DNA of 32,000 bases from Pseudodesulfovibrio mercurii (GTDB taxonomy: Bacteria > Desulfobacterota > Desulfovibrionia > Desulfovibrionales > Desulfovibrionaceae): assembly GCF_000189295.2 (NCBI RefSeq), contig NC_016803.1, forward strand, positions 870,001-902,000, in the 5' to 3' direction. Below are positions 1-7,376 of the stretch, piece by piece; within the stretch, counting starts at the first letter, position 1, and each line of letters starts with the position of its first letter. Under the pieces are notes generated by a model that saw nothing but the letters and a program-made list of their open reading frames with translations, had not been told where the DNA came from and made no database searches. The translations under genes were made by a program, and so were the position numbers.

Positions 1-1
1 C

Positions 2-100
2 ACCGTGAGCTGCGAGCGGTGCAAGACCGAAATTCCCAAACTCCATGAACTCGGGAACGGCACCCAGGTCGCCTGTTTCATGTGCGAAGGAGGCGAGTAG
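2..100 (+). CDS. ABC transporter ATP-binding protein, 3' end only (OppD/DppD-like), partial
   Basis: Frame 2 reads TVSCERCKTEIPKLHELGNGTQVACFMCEGGE, then TAG at 98-100. The Cys-rich tail resembles the C-terminal Opp/Dpp ABC extension seen again at the end of the next gene. The stop lies 2 nt before the next ATG. Confidence 0.5.
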   Translation, partial: TVSCERCKTEIPKLHELGNGTQVACFMCEGGE

Positions 101-102
101 CC

Positions 103-1110
103 ATGAGTGCCATCCTCGAAGTCAAGGACATCGATAAACACTTCGACATATCGGGCTCGGTCATCGACCAGCTGCGCTTCACCGGCGGCCGGATTCACCG
201 CCGGAAGACCGTGGTCAAGGCGGTCAACAGCGTCTCCCTGGACGTCCAGGCCGGCGAGACCCTGAGCGTGGTCGGCGAGTCCGGCTGCGGCAAGTCCACC
301 CTGGCCCGCACGGTCATGGGGCTGTACCGGCCCAACAAGGGCGAAATACACTACCGGGGGGCGCGCATCGACAACCTCAGCTCCCACAGGATGCTCCCCT
401 ACCGGACCAAGATGCAGATGGTCTTCCAGGACCCCTACGCCTCCCTCAATCCGCGCATGACCGTGCGTCAGATACTGGAGGAGCCGGTCCGCTTCCACAA
501 CCCGAACATGAACCGCGACGAAGTCAGCGACCGCGTGGCCGAGGTCATGCGCCAGGTGGGCGTGGACCCGGTCTGGGCGACCAACTTCCCGCACGAGTTC
601 TCCGGCGGCCAGCGCCAGCGCATCTCCATCGCCCGCGCCCTGGTCCTGGACCCGGAATTCATCGCGGCCGACGAACCCATCGCGGCGCTCGACGTGTCCA
701 TCCAGGCCCAGATTCTCAACCTGCTCATGGATGCCCAGGAGCAGCGCGGCCTGACCTACCTGTTCATCAGCCACGACCTGAGCGTGGTCGAGCACATCTC
801 CAACCGCGTGCTGGTCATGTACCTCGGCTGCGTCTGCGAACTGGCCTCGGCCAAGGAGCTGTTCTCCAACCCGAAGCATCCCTACACCCGGGCCCTGCTG
901 TCGGCCATCCCCAAGCTCGGCGGCAAGGCCGGGGGCCACGTCAAGCTTTCCGGCGACGTGCCCACCCCCATCAACCTGCCCACGGGCTGCGTCTTCCACG
1001 GCCGGTGCCAATATGCCGACGAGCGCTGCTCGCGGGAAATTCCCAAGCAGCACACCCTGGCCAATGGCACGGTGGTCGCCTGCCACGGCGTGGAGGAAGG
1101 CCGGATATAG
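103..1110 (+). CDS. oligopeptide/dipeptide ABC transporter ATP-binding protein (OppF/DppF family)
   Basis: Track ORF 82..1110 trimmed to ATG 103, which is preceded by GAAGGAGG (86-93). Walker A GESGCGKST, ABC signature FSGGQRQR, Walker B FIAADEP, and a Cys-rich C-terminal Opp/Dpp extension. Confidence 0.9.
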   Translation: MSAILEVKDIDKHFDISGSVIDQLRFTGGRIHRRKTVVKAVNSVSLDVQAGETLSVVGESGCGKSTLARTVMGLYRPNKGEIHYRGARIDNLSSHRMLPYRTKMQMVFQDPYASLNPRMTVRQILEEPVRFHNPNMNRDEVSDRVAEVMRQVGVDPVWATNFPHEFSGGQRQRISIARALVLDPEFIAADEPIAALDVSIQAQILNLLMDAQEQRGLTYLFISHDLSVVEHISNRVLVMYLGCVCELASAKELFSNPKHPYTRALLSAIPKLGGKAGGHVKLSGDVPTPINLPTGCVFHGRCQYADERCSREIPKQHTLANGTVVACHGVEEGRI

Positions 1111-1133
1111 CCCGGCACCCCGTTCCCCGAACG

Positions 1134-1175
1134 CAAAAAGACGGCGTACCCCGAGGGGTGCGCCGTCTTGTTTTG
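1134..1175. terminator. bidirectional intrinsic terminator between the convergent ABC and flavoprotein genes
   Basis: AAGACGGCG (1138-1146) pairs with CGCCGTCTT (1161-1169), with an inner ACCCC/GGGGT pairing. An A-run lies upstream and TTTT downstream, so both strands see a U-tract. Confidence 0.8.
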
Positions 1176-1207
1176 GTCTGGTTGGCGGATCGGCCGTCGC
1201 GGGCGGA

Positions 1208-2917
1208 CTAGAAGTCCACGCCGTACTTCTTGATGGCCGCCATGCCGCCGTGGATGTTGGTCACGTCCTTGTAGCCCTTGTCGTCGAGCATGATCTGCGC
1301 CTCGTAGGAGCGCGCCCCGGTGTTGCAGACCAGGACGATGGGACGGTCCCTGGGGATCTCGTCCAGCCGGTCGTAGATCTCGCCCTGGGGCACGTTGTGC
1401 CAGCACCCGGGGTTGCGTTCCACGAAGGGGTCGGCGTCGCCCTTTTCCCGGCAGTCCAGGAAGAAGCAGGCGTCCTTGTCGCGGTTGTCCCACAGCTCCT
1501 TGAACCCGGCCGGGCCCACGCCCCGGTTGATGCCGTTCAGGGCGTTGTCGGCCAGGTTGGCCAGGGTGTTGAGGATGTCCATGGCCGCGGCGAACGGCGG
1601 GGAATAGGCCAGCTCCATGTTGGACACGTCGTCGATGGTCGGGGCGGACTTGAGTAGCGCGGCCACCGCATTGATGCGGCCGACCATGGCGTCGCCCGAG
1701 GAACCGAAGCCCTGCACGCCGAGCACGCGGCGGGTGGCCTTGTCCACGGTCATCTCCAGGGTCATCAGCTCCTTGGTCGGGTAGAAATGGGCCCGGTCGA
1801 GCTGGATGAGCAGCACGGACATGGCGTCGAACCCGGCCGCCTTGGCCGACTCCAGGCTCATTCCCGTGCCCGCCATGGAGGTCTCGAAGAGTTTGACCAC
1901 GAAGGAGCCGACCACGCCGTCGAACTTGGACGACCCGCCGGCCAGGTTGGTGCCGATGATCCGGCCCTGGCGGTTGGCCATGGAGCCCAGGGGCAGGAAG
2001 GCGTCCTTGCCGGTGATCAGATTGCGGACGATACAGCAGTCGCCGCCCGCATAGATGTCCGGGTCGTTGGTGCGCATGAACTCGTCGACGTACACCCCGC
2101 CGCGCTCGTGCACGGCCAGCCCGGCATCCCGGGCCAGGTCCGAGTTGGGGATGACGCCCGCCGAGATGATCACGGCGTCGGCGTCGAGCACGCGCTTGTC
2201 CGTGACGACGCGCTTGACCACGCCGTCCTCGCCCTCCAGGGCCTTGACGGTCTCGCCGAAGTAGAAGGTGATCCCGTTCTCCTCCATGTGCTTCCGGCCC
2301 ATGGTGGCGAGCGTCGGGCTGACCAGGCGGGGCATGATCTGGCCGGTGATCTCCACCACCGAGGTCTCCACGCCCCACATGTCGGCGAAGGCCTCGGCCA
2401 TTTCCAGGCCGATGAAGCCCGCACCGATAATCACGGCGTTGCTCACCTCGCCCTTGGAGATGGCCTCGCGGATGCGTGTGGCGTCGCCGGGGTTGGCCAC
2501 GTAGTTGACGCCCTTCAGGTCCTCTCCGGGCAGTCCCAGTCGACGCGGAGAGGCGCCCGTGGCGATGACCAGCTTGTCGTAGGCGATGCACGCCTTCTCG
2601 CCGGTGGCCACGTTCTCCACCTCCACGCACTTGTTCTCGCGGTCGATGCGCGTGGCCTTGGTCAGGATGCGGGCATCCACCCCCTTGACCTCCTTGAAGA
2701 ACTTCGGGTCGCGCAGCATGTGGAAGCTGGTGGTGGACAGCTCGGACGCGTCCGACACGTCGCCGGACACGTAATAGGGAATGCCGCACCCCCCGTAGGA
2801 GATCATGGCGGTCTGGTCGATCATGGTCACCCGGGATTCGGGCTCCAACCGCTTGAAACGACAGGCGGCCTTGGGGCCGAGGGCCACACCGCCGATGACA
2901 ACAACGTGCTGAGACAT
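1208..2917 (-). CDS. FAD-dependent pyridine nucleotide-disulfide oxidoreductase with C-terminal rhodanese domain (CoA-disulfide / NADH-dependent persulfide reductase family)
   Basis: N-terminal Rossmann motif VVVIGGVALG, redox Cys in SYGGCGIPYY (Cys44), second dinucleotide fold VIIGAGFIGLE, and a C-terminal rhodanese loop VLVCNTGARS. SD AAGGA lies upstream of ATG 2917. Confidence 0.85.
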   Translation of the reverse strand: MSQHVVVIGGVALGPKAACRFKRLEPESRVTMIDQTAMISYGGCGIPYYVSGDVSDASELSTTSFHMLRDPKFFKEVKGVDARILTKATRIDRENKCVEVENVATGEKACIAYDKLVIATGASPRRLGLPGEDLKGVNYVANPGDATRIREAISKGEVSNAVIIGAGFIGLEMAEAFADMWGVETSVVEITGQIMPRLVSPTLATMGRKHMEENGITFYFGETVKALEGEDGVVKRVVTDKRVLDADAVIISAGVIPNSDLARDAGLAVHERGGVYVDEFMRTNDPDIYAGGDCCIVRNLITGKDAFLPLGSMANRQGRIIGTNLAGGSSKFDGVVGSFVVKLFETSMAGTGMSLESAKAAGFDAMSVLLIQLDRAHFYPTKELMTLEMTVDKATRRVLGVQGFGSSGDAMVGRINAVAALLKSAPTIDDVSNMELAYSPPFAAAMDILNTLANLADNALNGINRGVGPAGFKELWDNRDKDACFFLDCREKGDADPFVERNPGCWHNVPQGEIYDRLDEIPRDRPIVLVCNTGARSYEAQIMLDDKGYKDVTNIHGGMAAIKKYGVDF

Positions 2918-2967
2918 ACTATCAATCCTTGGAATCTGGGCTGCGGGCGTCCCTCACACCCGCGGCG

Positions 2968-4146
2968 TTACTTCAAAAACGATTGGATGGACCGGCCCAA
3001 GCGCTTGATGCCCTCCTCGATACGGGCCTCGTCCGAGTTGGAGAAGTTCAGGCGCAGGGTGTTCTCGCCCGAGCCGTCCACGTAGAACGGCCTGCCGGGC
3101 ACGAAGGCCACCTTGTCCCGTACTGCCATGTCCAGAAGCTCCATGCTCGAACAGCCGTCGGGCATGGTCACCCACAGGAACATGCCGCCCTCGGGCCGGG
3201 TGATGGTCACGCCCTCCGGGAAGTATTTGCCGATCATCTCGACCATGCACTCCCGCTGGCGGCCGTACCGCTCGCGGATAAGGGCCACATGGGCCTCGAT
3301 GTCGTTGGTCTCGAGATAGCGGCGCATAATCGCCTGGGCCACGGTGGACGTGTGCAGGTCTGCCGCCTGCTTGGCGATGACCAGCTTGTCGTAGATGTCC
3401 TTTTGCGGAGCGACCACCCAGCCGATGCGGAAGCCCGGCGCGGCGATCTTGGAAAAGGAACCGCAGAGCAGCCCCTTGGTTTTGCAGAAGGAAAAGACGC
3501 TCGGCAGGTCCTCGCCCAGAAAGCGCAGTTCGCCGTAGGGGTCGTCCTCGAGGAAGAGCACGCCGTAGCGGTCGCACAGGGCGGCCACGCCCTTGCGCTT
3601 CTCCAGGGAATAGCTCACCCCGGACGGGTTCTGGAAGTTGGGCACCGCATAGAAGCACTTGGCCCCGGCCTTGAACGCCGCCTCAAGCTCCTCGAGGTTC
3701 GGGCCGTCGTCATCCAGGGAGACGGTCACGAATTCGGGCTCGAACAGGGAAAAGGCCTGGATGGCTCCGAGATAGCCGGGCCGCTCAATGACCACCTTGT
3801 CGCCCCGGTCCAGGAAGATCTTGCCGCCGAGGTCGAGGATCTGCTGGGAGCCGGTGGTCACCAGGATGGTGTCCGGGTCCACGGTCAGGCCGCGCTTCGC
3901 ATAGCGCTCGGCGATGATCGCCCGAAGGCCCGCGTCGCCCTCGGTGGTGGAATATTGCAGGGCGGTGGCCCCGATGTTCGCGAAGACCTCGTGGGCCGCC
4001 TTGTCCATGGCCGGGACGGGGAAGAGTTCCGGGTTGGGCAGGCCGCCCGCAAAGGAAATGATTTCCGGATCCGCCGTGACTTTCAGGATTTCCCGGATGA
4101 ACGAGCGGTGAACGGTGCTCATCCTCCGGGCGAATTGTTGGGACAT
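2968..4146 (-). CDS. PLP-dependent aminotransferase (class I/II; 2-aminoadipate/aromatic aminotransferase-like)
   Basis: Track ORF 2968..4257 trimmed to ATG 4146, which is preceded by GGAGG. The start MSQQFARRMSTVHRSFIREILKV...ISFAGGLPNPELFP is typical of this family, and the PLP-lysine region is SFSKIAAPGFRIGW. Confidence 0.85.
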   Translation of the reverse strand: MSQQFARRMSTVHRSFIREILKVTADPEIISFAGGLPNPELFPVPAMDKAAHEVFANIGATALQYSTTEGDAGLRAIIAERYAKRGLTVDPDTILVTTGSQQILDLGGKIFLDRGDKVVIERPGYLGAIQAFSLFEPEFVTVSLDDDGPNLEELEAAFKAGAKCFYAVPNFQNPSGVSYSLEKRKGVAALCDRYGVLFLEDDPYGELRFLGEDLPSVFSFCKTKGLLCGSFSKIAAPGFRIGWVVAPQKDIYDKLVIAKQAADLHTSTVAQAIMRRYLETNDIEAHVALIRERYGRQRECMVEMIGKYFPEGVTITRPEGGMFLWVTMPDGCSSMELLDMAVRDKVAFVPGRPFYVDGSGENTLRLNFSNSDEARIEEGIKRLGRSIQSFLK

Positions 4147-4255
4147 GATGTTACCTCCAAGCCACTTGGGATACTCCGAAAGGCCATCCCTTGCAAGAGG
4201 ATGCGCCCGGCAAAGGCGGTTGCGGGAAGCCTCCTTCGCGGGCCGCGCAAATCCC

Positions 4256-4289
4256 AAAAAAAAGAGGACCGGGGATCAATCCGGTCCTC
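4256..4289 (-). terminator. intrinsic terminator on the minus strand, upstream of the aminotransferase gene
   Basis: On the minus strand, GAGGACCGG-attgatcc-CCGGTCCTC is followed by eight U residues (the plus-strand A-run at 4256-4263). Confidence 0.65.
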
Positions 4290-4380
4290 AGGGGGCAAGA
4301 AGAGGAGAATATGCATGTACCATGCGGTCCGGCCATCACGCACCGCCCGGAAACGCTCCGTCCGGGGTGACGGCCAATGC
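4256..4380 (-). ncRNA. candidate ~125-nt small RNA or terminator-containing 5' leader
   Basis: Bounded by a minus-strand promoter (TTGACA-16 nt-TATCTT, plus coordinates 4387-4414) and the terminator at 4256-4289. Predicted 9-bp stem GGCCGUCAC/GUGAUGGCC enclosing CCCGGA/UCCGGG, a small GCAUG/CAUGC hairpin, then single-stranded UCUCCUCUUCUU before the terminator. Confidence 0.35.
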
Positions 4381-4386
4381 ACACTA

Positions 4387-4414
4387 AAGATAACTATTAC
4401 CAAAATTCTGTCAA
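4387..4414 (-). promoter_or_regulatory. sigma-70-like promoter driving the candidate sRNA/leader
   Basis: Minus strand reads TTGACA (4409-4414), a 16-nt spacer, then TATCTT (4387-4392). Confidence 0.4.
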
Positions 4415-4485
4415 GCACATTCCGACATTTTCCGCCCCCTTCACGCGAAAAATCCGGACGCGGGACCAAGGGCAGCCCGTGCGGC

Positions 4486-4502
4486 CTGGAACGAATTTTG
4501 CT
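4486..4502 (+). promoter_or_regulatory. sigma-54 (-24/-12) promoter-like element upstream of the binding-protein gene
   Basis: CTGGAACGAATTTTGCT compared with consensus YTGGCACGrNNNTTGCW shows one mismatch at the specified positions. GG is at 4488-4489 and GC at 4500-4501, the correct 12-nt register. The element lies about 45 nt upstream of ATG 4548. Confidence 0.5.
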
Positions 4503-4547
4503 TTAGGTGGAAAGTTTTGTTAAGGAAACTCAGCACACAAGGATATC

Positions 4548-5300
4548 ATGAAACGCATCATCGCCCTCACGTTGTTCCTGGTTCTGAGCCTGACCGCCCC
4601 GCGTTCCGCGCGGGCCGGGAGTTTCATCGCCATGGCCTCGCCCTATCCGCCCTACTCCGAGAGCTACGGACTGAGCGTCAAAGGCATGGCGGTGTCCACC
4701 CTGACGACGATCATGGGCATGTGCGGCATGCCCATCGGCGAACGGGAAATCAAGCTTATGCCCTGGGCCTACGCCTCCGAAAGCGCGGCCCGGCAATCCC
4801 AACGCATCCTGCTCAACGCCCCGCGCACGCCCCAGACCGAACACCTGTACAAGTGGGTCGGTCCGGTGGACACCGCCAGGATCGTGCTCATCGGCCGCAA
4901 GCGGGACCATCTGTTCATCCCCACCAGGGCACATCTCAAGGATTACCGCGTGGCCACGGTACGCTGGAGCCGTCCGGAGAAGATCCTGGTGGCCGGAGGC
5001 ATGGAAGAGACGCGACTGCACCGCAGCCCGAGCCACGTCCAGGCCCTGCGCCAGCTCGACAGCGGCGAGGTGGACCTGTTCGCGGCCACGGAACTCGGCA
5101 TACCCTGCCTGCTTGCGGGCATGGGCATGCGTGAAGAGGACTACACCGTCTACTTCACCTTCGACGAGGAGCCCCTGTACTTCGCCTTCAGCCGCGATAC
5201 GGACGATCAGCTCATCTCGCGCCTCAACCAGGCGCTCAGAGAGATCAAGGCCGCCGGCCCGCAAGGGGTCGGCCGCTACGATCGGATGGTCGCCGAATAG
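4548..5300 (+). CDS. periplasmic substrate-binding protein (SBP family 3-like), orphan
   Basis: Signal peptide MKRIIALTLFLVLSLTAPRSARA. Length and pattern match amino-acid-type binding proteins. SD AAGGA lies before the ATG. No permease or ATPase gene is adjacent. Confidence 0.65.
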   Translation: MKRIIALTLFLVLSLTAPRSARAGSFIAMASPYPPYSESYGLSVKGMAVSTLTTIMGMCGMPIGEREIKLMPWAYASESAARQSQRILLNAPRTPQTEHLYKWVGPVDTARIVLIGRKRDHLFIPTRAHLKDYRVATVRWSRPEKILVAGGMEETRLHRSPSHVQALRQLDSGEVDLFAATELGIPCLLAGMGMREEDYTVYFTFDEEPLYFAFSRDTDDQLISRLNQALREIKAAGPQGVGRYDRMVAE

Positions 5301-5376
5301 ACGAACGGGGCCGGGCCCGGCAGAGGAAACGAAAGGGAGGGTCCGGCACGCCGGACGAAATCGAGCACGAAAGGAG

Positions 5377-5398
5377 AAAGGGGCCCGGCGGCCCCTTT
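5377..5398. terminator. bidirectional terminator hairpin
   Basis: AAAGGGGCC-cggc-GGCCCCTTT sits between the convergent binding-protein gene and the 56-aa ORF. The flanks are T-rich on both strands. Confidence 0.7.
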
Positions 5399-5403
5399 GT
5401 CAT

Positions 5404-5574
5404 TTATTCCTTGTCCGGTGACCAGTTCGGGTCGCGATATTTCTCGGGATTGTAGAGACGCCAGTCACGACCGTCATCATACTTCTCGTCCGCACCGGGG
5501 TACGGGGTGTAGATGTTGTCGTCCTTGTGGGCGTTATCGTGAGAATCCACGTTCTCAAAGTGTGCATGTTCCAT
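5404..5574 (-). CDS. small acidic His/Asp-rich protein, 56 aa (absent from the ORF track)
   Basis: ATG at 5574 is preceded by AGAGG plus a 6-nt spacer. Translation: MEHAHFENVDSHDNAHKDDNIYTPYPGADEKYDDGRDWRLYNPEKYRDPNWSPDKE, then TAA at 5404-5406. The terminator follows immediately. The overlapping track ORF 5400..5606 is T/R-rich low complexity. Confidence 0.5.
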   Translation of the reverse strand: MEHAHFENVDSHDNAHKDDNIYTPYPGADEKYDDGRDWRLYNPEKYRDPNWSPDKE

Positions 5575-5605
5575 GACAAACCTCTGATATCCTGAACTAT
5601 ATCCA

Positions 5606-5650
5606 CCTCGAAGCGGTCTGCGTTCGAGGCGGGACGACCTGCGTCCCGCC
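5606..5650 (-). terminator. two adjacent hairpins downstream of the fumarase beta gene
   Basis: GGCGGGACG/CGTCCCGCC (5628-5650) and CCTCGAA/TTCGAGG (5606-5629). No clear U-tract on the minus strand, so termination is uncertain. Confidence 0.35.
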
Positions 5651-5665
5651 CCTTTCGTGTATCAA

Positions 5666-6217
5666 TTACCCGGCAGTGTCAAGTTTCGGTTTGACGTACA
5701 ATTCGCCGCCGTGACAGTCGTTGATGACCAGCAGGGGGAAATCCTTGACTTTCATCGCCCGGATGGCCTCGGGGCCCAATTCCTCGAAGGCGATGACCGT
5801 GGATTCCACGATGGAGTTGGACAGCAGCGCGCCCGCCCCGCCCGTGGCCCCGAAGTACACGCCCTTATACTTTTTCATGGCCTCCTTGACCTCGTCCGAA
5901 CGCTTACCCTTGCCGATGGACGCCTTCATGCCCAACGAATGCAGCCTGGGCGCGTAGGTGTCCATGCGGTAGGAGGTGGTCGGTCCGGCCGAGCCGATGG
6001 GACGGCCCGGAGGGGCCGGGCTCGGGCCCACGTAGTAGATGGCCGAGCCCGTCAGTTCGAAGGGCAACTCCTTGCCCGCGTCCAGCAGCTCCACCAGTTT
6101 CTTGTGGGCCGCGTCGCGCGCGGAATAGATGGTCCCGGACAGGAAGACCACGTCCCCCGCCCGCAACGGTTCGATGTCCGCATCCGTCAGCGGCGTGTTC
6201 AGCTTGTATTCGGCCAT
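5666..6217 (-). CDS. class I (Fe-S) fumarate hydratase, beta subunit (C-terminal domain type)
   Basis: Motifs VFLSGTIYSARDAAHKKL, GPTTSYRMD and KGVYFGATGGAGALL. Its start overlaps the alpha-subunit stop (TAATG). Confidence 0.9.
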   Translation of the reverse strand: MAEYKLNTPLTDADIEPLRAGDVVFLSGTIYSARDAAHKKLVELLDAGKELPFELTGSAIYYVGPSPAPPGRPIGSAGPTTSYRMDTYAPRLHSLGMKASIGKGKRSDEVKEAMKKYKGVYFGATGGAGALLSNSIVESTVIAFEELGPEAIRAMKVKDFPLLVINDCHGGELYVKPKLDTAG

Positions 6218-7056
6218 TACAGTTCAACCTCCTCGTGACGCTGGGAATGGCACTGGACATTGACCGCCAGCGGCAGGCTGGCCAGATGGCACGGCTCCAG
6301 GGTGATCTTCACGCCGAGCACCGTGGTCTTGCCGCCCAGCCCCATGGGGCCGATGCCCAGCGCGTTGAGGGCCTCTTCCAACTCCTTCTCCATGGCCGCG
6401 ACCTTGGGATCGGGATGGACGTCGTCCAGCTTGCGCAGAAGCGACCGCTTGGCGATCTTGGCCGCGTGCTCGAAGGTCCCGCCGATGCCGATGCCGATGA
6501 TGGTCGGCGGACACGGGTTCGGGCCCGCCTCGGCCACGCGCTCGATGACGAACTTCTTGATTCCCTCCCAGCCCTGGGCCGGGGCGAGCATGGTCACGCG
6601 GGACATGTTCTCGGCCCCCCCGCCCTTGGCCATGTAGGCGATCTTCAACCTGTCGCCCGGGACCATGTCGAAATGGATGATCGCCGGGGTGCCGTCGCCC
6701 GTGTTGGCCCGGGTCAGCGGGTCGCAGGCCGACTTGCGCAGGTACCCGTCGGCATACCCCTTGCGCACGCCCTCGTTGATCAGGTCGCGCAGGTTGCCGC
6801 CGACCACCCGGCAATCGTCGCCCACCTCCACGAACAGCACGGCCAGCCCGCAGTCCTGGCACAACGGCAACTTGGTGTCGAGGGCCAGGTCCGCGTTCTC
6901 CAGCAACTGGCGCAGGACCTCCTTGGCCGACGGGGAATCCTCCGCCGCCATGGCCTGCTCCAACTTCGCGCGCACGTCCTGCGGCAACTCCGTGTTCCCC
7001 TTCATGCACATGGCGGCCACGGCCTCCACCACGTCCTTACCTTGAATCTCTCGCAT
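6217..7056 (-). CDS. class I (Fe-S) fumarate hydratase, alpha subunit (N-terminal domain type)
   Basis: Track ORF trimmed to ATG 7056 with a GGAGG SD. Motifs LPLCQDCGLAVLFVE and GGGAENMS. The upstream extension in the track runs through a repeat element. Confidence 0.9.
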   Translation of the reverse strand: MREIQGKDVVEAVAAMCMKGNTELPQDVRAKLEQAMAAEDSPSAKEVLRQLLENADLALDTKLPLCQDCGLAVLFVEVGDDCRVVGGNLRDLINEGVRKGYADGYLRKSACDPLTRANTGDGTPAIIHFDMVPGDRLKIAYMAKGGGAENMSRVTMLAPAQGWEGIKKFVIERVAEAGPNPCPPTIIGIGIGGTFEHAAKIAKRSLLRKLDDVHPDPKVAAMEKELEEALNALGIGPMGLGGKTTVLGVKITLEPCHLASLPLAVNVQCHSQRHEEVEL

Positions 7057-7072
7057 ATGCTTGCCTCCGGTT

Positions 7073-7178
7073 GATGCCTCCGGCGGCCCCACCGGGGGTC
7101 GCCTTCGGCGGGACCAGAGAACCTTTTGAAAAAGGTTCTCTGGACTCTCCAAAACTTTTTGTCGCTCGCTTCGCTCGA
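7073..7178 (+). repeat. intergenic structured repeat, copy B1
   Basis: Head GATGCCTCCGGCGGCC; perfect 14-bp-arm palindrome CCAGAGAACCTTTT-GA-AAAAGGTTCTCTGG (7114-7143); tail CTCTCCAAAACTTTTTGTCGCTCGCTTCGC. Confidence 0.75.
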
Positions 7179-7249
7179 AGCCCTGCGAGCGCGTGACGTG
7201 TTTCCTTTCGATCAATACAAAAAACCAGTGCAGCTGCCGTCCCCTCGCC

Positions 7250-7376
7250 CCCCTCCCCGCGCAGCGGCGCTAAAAAGTTTAGGAAGGGAGAGGGGATGGG
7301 GGTCCGGGGGAAGGGGAGAGGGACAACCCTGTTCAAAGGGTTTCCCTCTCCCCTTCCCCCGGCCGCCGGAGGCATC
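7250..7376 (-). repeat. intergenic structured repeat, copy B2 (inverted relative to B1)
   Basis: The reverse complement reads GATGCCTCCGGCGGCC-GGGGGAAGGGGAGAGGGAAACCC-TTTGAAC-GGGTTGTCCCTCTCCCCTTCCCCC...CCTTCCTAAACTTTTTAGCGCCGCTGCGCGG. It ends 1 nt from the frdB stop. Confidence 0.8.

Noticed and set aside
4290-4325. 11-codon mini-ORF (MVHAYSPLLAP) ending at the 5' arm of the 4256-4289 terminator, as a possible leader peptide
   Set aside because: There is no SD upstream of its ATG and no run of regulatory codons. It is mentioned only as an untested alternative to the sRNA or riboswitch reading.
882-4506. Long ORFs 882..2789(-), 1013..1657(+), 1787..3085(+), 2929..4506(+) and 2954..3658(-), which overlap the flavoprotein and aminotransferase genes
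   Set aside because: Their translations are G/R/H/P/A-rich low complexity, typical of off-frame or antisense reading of GC-rich coding DNA. The chosen frames carry clear Rossmann, rhodanese and PLP-enzyme motifs.
5400-5606. Track ORF of 68 aa (MDIVQDIRGLSWNMH...TRTTTSTPRTPVRTRS...)
   Set aside because: It has a T/R-rich low-complexity composition and no SD. A different frame on the same strand gives a better-supported 56-aa ORF with an SD and a terminator.
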